Assembly (NCBI RefSeq): GCF_006345805.1
Contig: NC_042999.1
Coordinates: forward strand, 113,708,001 to 113,772,000
Length of the DNA: 64,000 bases
Origin: Octopus sinensis
Lineage: Eukaryota
Reading direction: 5' to 3'
The position numbers and the translations under genes were made by a program. The stretch's first letter is position 1; each line of letters starts with the position of its first letter. Shown one piece after another: positions 26,772 through 39,890 of the stretch. A model generated the notes under the pieces. It did not search any database and was not told the DNA's origin. It saw nothing but the letters and a program-made list of their open reading frames with translations.

Positions 26772-29700
26772 ATGTATGTATGTGCGTGAATTTTGTTACC
26801 CTTTCTTTTTATAACAAAACTTTGTATTAGTTGTCATTAATGAGTTGTAAAGCAATAATAAAAATGACTAGTAAATTAATTACACAGTAGAAAATGTTAT
26901 GTTTGCAAGACAGTTTTAAATGCATTTAAACATGCCAAGCAATTAAAAAGTTCACATCTGTTACTGACAGTACCAGTGAATTCAGTTTGGCCCTTCGGTC
27001 AGCAGCTAGTCCAGTGATAATGATATTGGTGACAACAGCAATAATGTTACTTGTGGTGATAATGACAGTAATAGCAATAATATAGAAGATGCCTAACTGC
27101 ATTCAGATAAACTCATGCCACACTATTCCAAGATCAAATAAACTTTACACTATAGCAAGAAAAATGTTTCTGGCAGAATGTTAGTATTCCAGGTGAAATG
27201 CTTATAGGTATTTCACCCATCTTTATGCTCTGTGTTCAAATTCAACCAAAGTCGACTTAGCCGTTCATCCTTTCTGGGACAATAAAATACGTACCAGTTG
27301 AGAACTGGGGTTGATGTAATCAACTAACCCCATCCCCCAAATTTCAAGCCTTGTGTCTATAGTAGAAAGGATTATATTTTAACTTATTATTAACCCCACA
27401 CATGTAAGTATATGCACATTTACTCACACATACACTTGCCACTGCCAAAGTATAAAATTCCTCTCCAAAGAGGAGCTAAATATCATAATACAAGAACTGC
27501 TATACCAAAGTTCCAAGTTCTAAATGTGGTTGCTTTAAGTATATTTGTCTGAGCCATTGTAGAAAATTTGCTAAAATCAACTTAATTTTGCTTCCATTTG
27601 TTTGTTGTTACCCTATTGTCTCCCAACATGATGCAAACAATATCTATTTTAAATCTACCATGCCAGTAATGAACTGAACTGTTAATTAAAACAGATTTTT
27701 TGATAAATTGACAAATGGAAAATTATATATATCAATTAGTCTTATATGAATGAGGAGTCAAACTCATTCCTCACAAAAGTAGGCAGTAATGTGTTAGAGT
27801 GTTTGTGAACCACAGGAGATCCAGAATATTCTCACTTGGCTTTGATTTATAAGTGAAATTTTGGTTGTGGCCTTTACTGGTGACACATAAACAAAGACAG
27901 GTAAAGGAACAACAAGCAGGGTATTAGTTTAATGCTCAGGAAGAATGGAAAAGTCTTTGACATTTTGACCCTATGCTCTTTGACAGAAAAGATTGAGGGG
28001 GAGAAGGAAAGAGAAAACAATGTGTAGGGATTAATGGTTCAACATGATGAAATGGCTGGAAGAAAGAGGCTAAATGAAAAGGAGACAACACTGGCCTGGC
28101 CAAACTAGGGTGTGCAAGTGCATGTGTGAATGTGAGAATGGTGTGAGTGTGTATGTGTGAATGGGGGGGGTCAAGTGTGTGAGTAAGTGTGTGTGTGTGG
28201 GCGAGACAGGCTTCTTTCAGTTGCTGTCTACCAAATCCACTCACAAGGCTTTGCTCAGCCTGAGGCTATAGTAGAAGACACTTGCCCAAATTGTCACACA
28301 GTGGGACTGAACCTGGAACTATGTGGTTGGGAAGAAAGCTTCTTACCACACAGCTACACCAGTGCCCCAAAAATTCAATTTTTATAAATCCTTAAAATCC
28401 TTAAAAATGTTTTAGCCCGAAGGCGGCGGCCATGCTGGGGCACCACCTTATGCTTAAGGTTTAAATCCAGTCTTTGAAAGCATGGATGGTGATAGTTATA
28501 GACAAGCTGTGCAGATCAGCAAACATTGCCAGAAAAGCATGGGCAACTCTAATCCACTTGATCAATACACATAGGTTTAATTAACCTTATTCACTTATCT
28601 TTAACACTCTGTGTAGGAGGACCTAAAAATAAACACTTAGCTTTGCTCTGCGTCCACAGTCAAACATCATCAACAACAACAATGGCCACAACAATCACAA
28701 TAAAACTGAAAATAGACCATCAAAAGTTTGGCATAGAGCAAAACATGTGATTGGTGATTGGCTGAACACTAATGATGATGGAGAATGTAAATAGTATTAT
28801 TCACATTATTATTATTATCATTATTAACAAAAACAACAATATGATGATGAATCTGGAAAGCTAAAAATCTGTAACCATGTCCAAACAGTAGTTGGAAACA
28901 AAACAGAAATATCAGCTTCGCAAATGAGGTACATCTAAAAAGAGAATAAAAACAAATATATAAATGAGTATAATCCACGGCGCAGTTTATGCAAATTGAC
29001 TAAAACTATAGCAGTCCAGAAAGGATGTTGAGAAGGTTAGCAATTCTATAACAGTTCTGCTTTGTTTTTTATAAAACTATGTTCTGTAGAATAAATGCAA
29101 AAATGTTTTTCATAACAATGGTACTTTCATTACTAATGCTTTTTGTAATTAATTCTTAACTATCATAACTAGAATTTTAATTTATATTACGCAGGCAGTA
29201 GAACAAAAGATCAAGTACCAACCAGTGTCTAGTTTCTATGATGTGAGTTCAAAAATCTAGCCTAGAACAAATTTTATCTTTCATCCCTTCCTACAGTTGA
29301 TAAAAGAACTTATCAGGCATATATGGAAGTCAGTATAATCAGCTGTTAACAACATCAACAATACCATCAACACCACAATGACAACCCCCACCTTCACATG
29401 ATCACTCAACCTTTAGAAACATCAGCAAAACTCTATCAGACCAAACTAGCCATCCTAATGAAGAAAGGATACACTGGACATGATACTTCTAGATATACAA
29501 ACAGTGGGGAGGGATTGCTGTAACTGGAATGCCTCTGATCATATTTCTGCTCTATCAGACTTGACCTGGGGTTACACAACAAAAACAACTCTAATACCAC
29601 TATAACTATCATTATCCGCTTAACAGTTATTATTATTAATCCAAACCATAAATAAATCTATCCTTATCCACTGATGCACTAATTATATCTTATTAACTAT

Positions 29701-29820
29701 AACACAATTACATTTTGTAAGAAGCACAGAAGAATAGGTGGTAAATACCAAGCAAACGAAGATGGCAACCTAAGTTTCACTCCGAGTGCAACTATAATCC
29801 ATTTATGCAACCAATAATCA

Positions 29821-30203
29821 AAAGAAAAACAAGAACATAACTTCCATTGGCTAACTAATGATCAGAAGAAAGACCATTGACTAACTAATGATCAAAGCAA
29901 AGTCATAAATATAACTTCCATCAGCTAACTAATGATCAGAAGAAAGACCATTGGCTAACTAATGATCAGAGGAAAGACCATCGGCTAATGAATGATCAAA
30001 CAAAAATCAAACACGACTTCCATTGGCTAACTAATGATGAGAAGAAAGCTCATTGGCTAACTAATGATCAAAGGAGAGTTATAACACAACTTACATTGGC
30101 TAACTAATTAATGATCAGAGGGAAGACCATTGGCAAACTAATGATCAAACAAAAGCCATAAACACAACTAACTAATGATCAGAGGAAAGACCGTTGACTA
30201 ATG
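29821..30203. repeat. Higher-order minisatellite, core CCATTGGCTAACTAATGATCA, 9 full plus 2 partial copies
   Basis: The 21-bp core is separated by either a short spacer (GAAGAAAGA-like, about 30-bp unit) or a long spacer (about 41-44-bp unit). Confidence 0.9.
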
Positions 30204-30879
30204 GCTAAAGAAATGAAATAAACAAACACTTATAGCTTCCCTTCCAGTCAAGTCCATACAGTTGATCATTTATAGATGGAATATTGATCTTTAATTACAT
30301 ATTACCAATATTAAACTTGAGGTGTAATGAAAGCACTTATGGGTCATTGAGTCATCACCAGAAAATAAATATTCATATAGAATGGGCCACCAATAGATAA
30401 GCCTGGTGGAATCTATCTATGTCTAGACTTTTGAGAATTTCTGAAAATTGCAGGTATAAGGGAAGAAAAGTGAAATGGGAATCAAACTACACAATGATGC
30501 TCGTACCACTATTAATGAACTCTTTATTTTGATACTTTATTTCCGCACTATTTATTTTTCAATCCTGTTAGAGTCAACTTTCATTGTTCAGTGATCAATA
30601 TAGCAGTCAAATACAGATGTAAAACTGACTTGACCATGCCTCTGTGCTTTGTACCAATTGATGGCACTGTGCCAATCTTGAAAATTATTGTCATTATTAT
30701 TTTATTAGTAGTAATCTTTTTGGTAGTCTCTCAAGGTTGAGAAAGATGAACTTGCCCTGTGCTGTGCATAAGCTTACTCTCTCTATCAAATCAATGATGC
30801 ATGTACAGGCACATATCACACCATGTGTCAGGTGTCGAGGTGATCACATTAGTAGTAGTAGTAGTAGTAGTAGTAGCAT

Positions 30880-31950
30880 GCTGTTGAATTGGCAGAATCA
30901 TCTGAACATTGGAAAATGTCTTTTAATATTTTTTCCAGCTCTTTACATTCTGAGTTCAAATACCACCAAGGCCAACCTTGTTTTCCATTCTTTTTTGGTA
31001 TCACTAAAATAGAATACCAATCAAAATGTACTGAGGTTGATGGTATTGACTGGTAACTTCCCTTCATCATAATTACTGGCCTTATGCCTAAATCAGAAAC
31101 AATTATTACAGCAGTGGATTGTCAGTTTTTAGAGAGTGTCAGAAAAAATGCCTTGCAGTATTCCTTTCAGTTTTTAATATTCCAGGTTGAGTACTGGGGT
31201 CAATGTAAAATTTCAAGCCTTTATTTCTATTATTAAGGTGGTGAGCTGGCAGAAACGTTGGCGAGCTGGCAGAAACATTAGCATGCCAGGCAAAATGCTT
31301 AGAAGTATTTCGTCTGCCTTTACATTCTGAGTTCAAATCCTGCCGAGATCAACTTTGCCTTTCACCCTTCCGGGGGTTGATAAATTAAGTATCAGTTGTG
31401 TACTGGGGTCAATCTAATCGACTGCCACCCCCCTCCTCAAAATTCCGGGACTTGTGCTTAGAGTAGAAAAGACTATTATTATTATCATCATCATCATCAT
31501 CATCAATGGTGGTGCTCCAGCATGACCACAGCTTTAAAGTTGAAACACTTTAAAGATATTTAAAGATATCATATTGGCAGAATCATTAGAACATCAAGCA
31601 AAATGCCTGGCAGTATTTGTTCGAGTTCTTTACATTCCAAATAGAAATATTACCAAGATCAATTTTTATCAATCCTTCTTGGGTAGATAAAATAAAGTAC
31701 CAGTAAGATACTGGGACCAATTTAAATTGCCAACATTTTACTCTAAATCTCTAACCTTGTGCTTATGAGAGAAATTCTTATTAGCAGAAATGGCAATGTA
31801 CTGAGAAGAAAAAAAAGATTTTTCCTCCTGCTTTTCCAATATCTGTGTAAGAAATACCAGTCGAGTACTGAGGGTCTGAATAATCAACTGATCCACCTTC
31901 ATTTTGTAATTTGTAGCTTTGTTCTCAGGTTAGAACTTACCACCATTATT
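30880..31950 (+). mobile_element. Cluster of about 5 head-to-tail SINE family B copies of different ages
   Basis: Repeated head GAGCTGGCAGAA..TTAGC..AAATGCTTAG, TTCTGAGTTCAAAT and tail ..GTAGAAAAGA(TTA)n. Best copy at 31237-31480. Confidence 0.75.
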
Positions 31951-33790
31951 ATTGCTATCGTCATTGTCATTAATATTATAGAACAGGTGTTGCAGTGATT
32001 ATTACAGAGTTGGTCATAAACCCAAACCTTATGAGTACCATTAAGTTGTGCCTTTGAGGAAAGCAAATAATCTTCTGCTAACTCTCTAGTTTGCTTGAAT
32101 GAGCACAGAGCAGATTCTATCTCCGCTTTACAGCTGAACAGCTAAAGGAAAGAGAGAGAGGAAACCAAGTGTAAAAAAACAATTACTCCAATATAAGGCC
32201 ATCCACTGACTTAAGCAAGGAAAATTTGTGATCAAACAATGAAGGAAGAGGAGAAAAAGAAAGTGGAGAAAAGGGAAGATGAGGAAGAGAAAAAGAGAAG
32301 ATGAGAAGAGAAGAAAAAGAAATGGAGAAAAGGGAAGATGAGCAAGAGAAAAAGAGATGAGCAAGAAAAGGAGGGAGAAAAGAAAAGGAAACAGGAAAGA
32401 GGAAAGACAAAGAAGGGAGGAGTAGGAAGAGAAGAAAAGGAAAGAAATGGAGAGGAAGAGGAGGAGGAGAAAATGAAAAATAAACAGAAGAAAGAAAGAA
32501 AAGGGAATAAAGAAAAAGAAACAAGAGAGGAGGAGGAGGGTTCATGGCATATAAGGGTATGGCTTCATAATCTAAATTCAAATCTCACAAAAATGAACTA
32601 TTCATTCAAATATTCAAACTTCTATTTTGATTCAGCTCGTCTTAGTATTATTACTGATTATATCAGAACAGTGTCATAACTGGTGGAGCATCAGACAAAA
32701 ATGCTATTTGGTGCTTAATCAGGTTTTGTGCCTGAAGATGGAATCCTGCCAAGGTCAGAGTTTTATTACAACTTCCTAAAGTTAATAAACGAAGTACCAA
32801 TCAAATACCAGGTTTAATTAAAACCACATCTACATTTCAGCCCAACGTATATACATCATCGTCATCATCACTTTTACATCCACTTTTGCATGTTGCATGG
32901 GTTGGGTGGGAATTTATTGAGAGAAGCTTTCTACGACCAACAGGATACCACCAGCCTTTATCTGTTTTCAAGTAAGGTAACATTTCCCCATGGGCTGATA
33001 TGTTTTTCACAAAAGACTGGAAATGAACAACATTGCTTGTATGACAGCCATACTTATGTACAACCATCTTGTAATTTCAAGATGGGGTTCTTTCAGTTTC
33101 CATCTACCAAATTCACCCTAAAGGCTTTGATTGGCCAATGGCTATAGCAAAAGACACTTGTCAAAAATATCATGCAGGGTGACTGAACCTAAAACCACAT
33201 GGCTGGGAAGCAAGTTGCCTAACCACACATCTATGCCTGCAATAATGCTGTGTGATTTTGTAAATATGCAATAGATTATCATTATGCAATAGCCCACTGC
33301 CTGAGTTCAAATCTTTCTATAGCTTATTTTGTCCTTCATTCTTCCATATTACACCAGTAAGATACTGTGATCAAATTATTTGATTATACAATTCTTGTAA
33401 AAGAATTGACCTTTCAAACAACAATTCAAAAAGTAAAATAAATCATTGCCTTTTGCAGTTGTTGCAATCCAGAAGAATTTAAAATAACAGTAATACGTCA
33501 TTGTTTCAAGTGACCATGAAGTCTTTCCTAAAAAGCAACCAAAACAAACAAAAAAAAATCAGCAGCAGCACGAGCCTCTATACAGTTTCCCAACCAACTA
33601 AAAGTGGTATTAAATATCTTTACAGTGTACAGGAAACTGGGATTTTGTTTTTGTAAAAAAAAAAAAGAAAAGAACAAAACATTTTTTAACCATTTAGTTT
33701 TCACCATTCATGGTCCTTTATTCTTCAGGACTTCTGAGATTGATGGCAGAAAGTTATCCACAAACTAGAGATTTGATCCCTTGATTGAAA

Positions 33791-34132
33791 TAAGGGTTTC
33801 TCAACCATTTTTCTATCTATGGACTCCTTTAATTACTATTCTGGTGGACCCCCCACCCAATAGCCATTCAATGTTTAAAAACTAGTTTTATAGAACCTTC
33901 TTTCAAAATTCCTATTTTGTTTTTCTCGCATTAACTTGTTTAGGTTGAACTATGTAAAATGTTAGAGAAAGAAACCTAGCTGTTTCTTCCAATACATACA
34001 TCTAAAGCTAAACTTTTTCAGGCTCCCTTAAAATACTATTGTGAGTCCCCAATTTATGATTTTGTTGTGTGGAACCTCAAAAATCTTATATGGCCCTTCA
34101 GGGGCCGTATAGACCTCAGTTAAGAACCACTG
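33791..34132. mobile_element. hAT/Charlie-like MITE, older copy, inverted relative to 49612-49951
   Basis: Reverse-complement homology to 49612-49951; degenerate TIRs; no TSD visible. Confidence 0.75.
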
Positions 34133-35149
34133 GTGTAATTGGTTGAAATAAAATGAATTCTGCTTACAGAATCAAAACCATCAAGTGGTGGTGATGACCC
34201 TGGGAAATAGATTAAGCCCATCAAACTAAAAATTCAGGATATGAGAAGTGGAAACACAGAAAGGCATTTTGTCCAACACTTTAAGAAGTCCCCCAATCCA
34301 TCATCAGAGAATGGTAAAAATTGAAGTTGGTCTCATCAGTATTTGAACTCAGAATGCAGAGAACTAAAACAGATAACTAAAAGAAGGCCGTTTGTCCTGC
34401 ATTACCACTTACATAACTGTTGATGTACATAAGACAGGCGAGTCTTATGATTCTTAAGTCTCTTCAATCAGGTCAAGCTAGAACTAAACAACAACAGCAA
34501 CAATCTCCTCCTCACCATCATAATCTCCACCACCACCACCAACATTATCATCATCATCATCATCCTCAACACTGCTATTATCCCTAACCTTGCTAAATAC
34601 AGTCACCCTCCCTAACTTCTTCATCACCACCACTACCACCACCATTTTCATCATTTTTATTATTCTTATTTAAATTAAAACAAGAGAGAGGGAACAAAAG
34701 AATGGAGGAAAAACAAGAATCTAGATAGACACAAATGGATGAAAAAAAGCTATAAAAAAAAATGCTGAATGCAGCAATTCTTTGAAAACAAGAAATTGAA
34801 GAAGAAATAAGAAAGCAGGAATAAAAGATGAGGGGTGAGGGTGAGGTGTTCTGGGTGAGGGTGAGGGTGTCAGGATAGGTGGTGGGCAGGTCAGGAAACC
34901 ATCCCATTACAGAAGAAGAACAGTGTACAGATGAGTTGCTGGACTGCAGAGAGTGGCATATGCAGAAGAGATTGCAGTTCTCAAAACAGAGCAATCAATA
35001 CAGACTTAACAACTAAATATTGCAATTGCACTCACCAGCACCTACCCACTTCTTTTTTTTTTTCCAATTTATTTACCCTCATATATAAATAAATTGACCA
35101 TTTATCATCACGCCACCCTCTTCTCTACCACTTTATTTTGATCCTCATA

Positions 35150-35243
35150 TATCTTTTATCTGTTTCATTCATTAGACTGTGGCCATGCTGGGGCACTGCC
35201 TTGAAAAATTTTTAGTAAAATGAATCAACCCCAAAACTTATAT

Positions 35244-35294
<51 letters not shown>

Positions 35295-35545
35295 TATATT
35301 CACGTTTTTTAAAGCCTGGTACTTATTCTAACAGTCTTTTTTGCTGAGCTGCTAAGTTACAAGAATGTAAATACACCAACACCATTTATCAAGTAGAGGT
35401 GGGGGACAAACAGACAATGACACACACACACACACACATATATACTGGGCTTCTTTCAGTTTCCATCTACCAAATCCATTCACAAGGCTATAATAGAAGC
35501 TCCTTGCCCAAGGTGCCACATAGTGAGTCTAAACCCAGAACCACT
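35150..35545 (-). mobile_element. SINE family A with an inserted (CA)n tract
   Basis: Reverse complement of the family A tail and core. Confidence 0.8.
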
Positions 35546-36189
35546 AGTCATTTCCACCCTCCCTGCCACTCCAACCCACAAATCTGATAGTTGCCCATCT
35601 GCCAAATATTCTTTTATTTACCTTCATGCATGCCAATGTCTTCTGTACTTACCCTTGATATAATACCATCACACCAATCGCCAATCTATCACCTATCCAC
35701 AATCACTAGTACTGCTACTACAACTACTAGAACCATCATCAGTGCAACAACCAGCCATACCTGCTATCGCTACAACTACTACCATTAACAAGACAACAGT
35801 GACAAGAGTAAATGAAGGAGCTTCTGCAGAGTTGTTGAGTCTGCTATGAATAGCAGTCAAATCTTCCTAAAACCACACTCTACAATCTTTGGATAATGTC
35901 ATCATCATCACTTAACGTCCGCCTTCCATGCTTGGCATGGGTGGGATGGTTTGACAGAAGCCAGCCTGGCAGAAGCTTGCACCAGACTGTAGTCATAAAT
36001 AAATTAAACAAGAAGGCCATGATTGGATTGCTTTTGATCATTGGTCCATTCGATAACCTGGGGCTAACTAACAATACAGCAACCTCTACTATCACTGCAT
36101 TCACCAACCACCAAATCAATAAAATGAGTCTACGAGAGCTCCAGCATGGTCACTAAACACACTACAAATATCAATAATAGCCAATTCTC

Positions 36190-36835
36190 ACTCTAATCAC
36201 ATCCCACTATCTTTAAAAATGTGCAAGTAAACCATGCAGCTTGAAATACTCAATCTCTGAAGAAGAAAAAACAAATTGGAAGATCACAGCTGGAGTGCCT
36301 TTCATCCAATGTCCATACAAGGACTGATCCTGGGGCTAAAACAATAACAACTATAATGACATATACTAACGAAAACATCTTCATATGGCTGTTTTGACAT
36401 GTCAGAAATAGCAGTCCTCAAATTGCACTATCTTAAACAAAGAATGAACACTGAGATAACATAGGCCTGGACAAACCCCTAAAGGGGGGAAAAAAACAAC
36501 GAAAAAATGGGATGATCCATCAAAGGTCTATACTGTCAGCGCTAACACAGGACTAAACCACGACCAAATCCCTTATAACCTCTGCAAAATTCTAATACAA
36601 CCATCACCACTATAGCCATAATTTAATAAGCGTACAGCTATAGAAGTTGCTCAAACAATTAGAAATTGCAGCCAAATTTTTCTGAAATTGTACCACACCA
36701 TCTTAAAGCAGGAAGAAAAATACAAAGATAATGTAATCTTAAATACCTTCAAAACAGATGGGGTGGTCACAACTGGAATACCTTTGAATATAGGTCTACT
36801 GAAACAGGGCTAATTTAGGTAAGGGTTAACAACTA
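36190..36835 (+). mobile_element. Three tandem decayed copies of a further SINE-like family (D) with (AAC)n tail
   Basis: Repeated ..CAGCTGGA(A/G)TGCCTTT..CTGGGGCTAAAACAA; related copies at about 20555(-), 24010(-), 29400, 37520 and 40100(-). Confidence 0.5.
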
Positions 36836-37728
36836 CCACCACCACTACCACTACCACTACTACTACTACTACTACTACATGTAATCAAAGTATATAATTT
36901 GGTTTTCATGGTGACTGCAGCTCTGAATGTGTGTATGTATGTGTAAGTACATGTGTAAGATTCTGATATGATAACACGTGTTTGAACATCTGACATAGAA
37001 CAGGTGTATATATAATACAGATTTGATATAATATATGCGTGTTATATGTGTGTGTGTGCGCACATACACAACACACACCTAAAATAGTACACATGAATAT
37101 ATACATCCGACTGACACTTATGACCAAACACACACACAGCTGAATTATTACACTTAAGTATATACGTACAGATAACACTGCTGACCAACTACACACACGT
37201 ACCAGAAATATCTAACGTAATAGAAATGTCCATGCATATATACGCACATTCAATATACTTAATATATACGAATGTATATGTTATTCAGTGATTTCCACAT
37301 ACACACACAATAAATGAATGAATGAATGGATGGATGGATACACACACACACACACACACACATAAAGGTCAGGGGCAGTATTTGTAGCTTTTTCCAAACC
37401 AAGAGAGAATACGTATTGCTTTTTTGCATCATGGCTACATGACTGCTGAAGATTGGGTTTTCTGATTCACTTGTGCCATGATCCCTGGCAACAACATCTG
37501 TTAATGCTAGTAAAGAAATATTTATATATGGTCATTCGACCTGCTAGAAACAGCAGCCAAATCTCCTCCAACAAATTACACTCTTAGAGAATAAAAGACA
37601 ACATTGAACAAGGTCACTGATATTCATATGATGGGTTGACCATGTCTAGAATACCTCTGATTATATATCTGCTTGATCAGGATAGTCCAAAGCCAAAGAA
37701 GAGCAGCTGACAATTTCCTATCCTTTAA

Positions 37729-37899
37729 CACTTTAACATTTAGATTGCTCGGTCAATCATGAACTCTCTCATAGCTTCAATATTTCAATGAAGTGATAGT
37801 TTATTTTTAGAATGACATTGTTGGGTAAGTGAAAGGCTGGATCTGGCCAGCTTGAAAATAAAACAGAATATTGATATGGCCAGCTTAAATGCTAAAGAG
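37729..37899. mobile_element. piggyBac-like MITE (family 2, reverse orientation, deleted)
   Basis: TTAA at 37725-37728 and 37900-37903; ends CACTTTAACATTT / AAATGCTAAAGAG. Confidence 0.6.
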
Positions 37900-38299
37900 T
37901 TAAGCACTTTTTTAACTGTAGCTAGACCCTAAACTCAGTATCTCATCCTACAAAAAAAAAATTTAGATAAAAAAAAAAGGTGCTGCTGCTAAATTCTTTT
38001 TTACTTTTTGGAAGCCACTTATTATAATCATGAATATTAGCAACTGGATATTGTTATCAAAATTAATGTGTCCCAAACAAGCACAGGACATTGTGATATC
38101 CTAAGCTTTATATAATCAGCCAGTTATTGTTATATCAATGGCCCCATCCCAAAGTGATAAGAACACAAGAAGCAGCTTCTACTGTGTAAGAAGATGACAC
38201 TACAAGTGAATGGTGTCACTCATACCAAAAGACACCCACAACAAGACATACAGACTAACTTAGAAGGAAGTAGCACAGTTTAATGATAGTCAGTTTGAA

Positions 38300-38700
38300 T
38301 TAGATAGAGTATGCCTGGTGGATGAAGGAAAAAGAAGAGGGGATGGAATGGTGAGAAGGGAAAGAAGGAAGAGAGAATAACTGAATAACAGAAAGGAAGG
38401 AAGGAACTGACTAGAGTGAATAGTAGAAAAGAAAGAAATGAAAGAATGACAGGAAGAGAAGAATAAAAGACACCAAGAGCAGATAATAGAAAAGAAAGAA
38501 AGATGAAAGGAGAAGGTGTGGACAGAGAATGAAATGGAAGGAAGGAGAGTATGAGTAGAAATAATAGAAGGAATAGATGGCAAGGTAGGATGAAAGGAAA
38601 GGAAGAACTGAGAGAAAGAGAAAAAGAGAGGAGAAAGGAAGAACGAACAAATTTTGTCAAAAAGTGAAGGTGTCAAGGAAGGAATGAGAAGGTGATGGGA
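38300..38700. repeat. Long polypurine (GA-rich) tract
   Basis: Almost all A/G on the + strand; similar tracts at 655-790, 32150-32540 and 34680-34880. Confidence 0.85.
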
Positions 38701-39259
38701 ATTTATGATGACAAATGAATGATGATGATGGTGGTGGTGGTGTAAGTTTAAAGAAGCAGTGAACATTGAATCAGTTTGATAGTAGGGTCCACAATAGTTG
38801 TTGACTGGGATTGCGGGTGTGTGTGTGCACACATTAGACTGAAAACTAGTATGGGTGAAGAACAGAGGAAGAATATATGTGTAGTTTGGCATGAAAGAAC
38901 GTGTGTGTGTGTGTGTGTGTGTGCGTGTGCGTGTGCGTGTGTGTGTGTGTGTGTTTGTATGTTCACATGAGGATGTCTGCAAGTGTATTTGAGAGGTGCA
39001 CTGTCCCAAATGAGTGATCTGTAAGCTAAACTAGTGCATATGCACTGTTATACTTGAACAGTTGTTAAGGACTGAAGTATTTCCGAATTCTGAAGAGGAA
39101 ACCAGGCATTTATGATACAGAAATTAATGTAAAATGCAAGTGAACTTTATATATTTATAATGCACACACACACAATATATATATATATATATATGAAGAA
39201 AATGGAAATTATTACATTATAATAATTCCCTGATACCCATTTCCCTGATTTTGGTAAAG

Positions 39260-39890
39260 GCACAAAGATGAGTCTAGTCGAAGACCTTCCCATCAGTTCT
39301 GATTGAGATGAAAATCCTCTTTGTGCAGACTGGCACTCATGGTGTCAGGTGCATACCACTGATTAACACCATGGTTGACTGCAAATGTTTCGCTGAATTC
39401 TTTGCCAACTGAAACTAACCCTTCCATTCCCGTGTGGAACTGCTTGATGCCCCTCAATGCCATCCAGTCCATCTGAGCTGACCATCAAACATCTGACCAC
39501 AGCCATGACAGCAACAGTCAGTCTCCGATAGTGTTCTGCATTTGCTAGCTTGCTGATGTCAGGCTTCTCTGGATTTGCATTGATCGGGATCTCCAAGGAA
39601 AACGGATTCTGAATCTGATAAGACTCCTCAGGAGGTAGAGTTCAGAAGAGCATACTGCTCCAAACATGGCCTTTGTAAACAGGATCTCCTTGCAACCTAG
39701 TCTCTCAGGTAAAGATAGTCCAGCAGATGATAGTGGTCAGAGCAAGGGTGTTTCCACATGAAATAATTCTTGGCAAGCTGATCAAAGAATGTATTGGTAA
39801 CATAAAGCTCCAGCTGTACACAGAAGTTCAGCAGGAATTGGATTCTTTTTGTCCTTGACAAACTTGCCTACGTAAGTCTCACAGCCTGTT
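39260..39890 (-). mobile_element. Decayed RTE (BovB-like) LINE reverse-transcriptase fragment
   Basis: Minus strand ..IKQFHTGMEGLVSVGKEFSETFAVNHGVNQ.. resembles the RTE RT I.QFH.GM.G.V...G..SE.F.V..GVKQG segment; frameshifted, with stops. Confidence 0.7.

Noticed and set aside
29821-30203. CRISPR-like repeat-spacer appearance
   Set aside because: The spacers fall into two related classes, there are no cas genes, and the context is eukaryotic.
32128-32679. K/E/R-rich and F/L/S-rich ORFs (also 497-851 and 38280-39009)
   Set aside because: Polypurine/polypyrimidine low-complexity artefacts.
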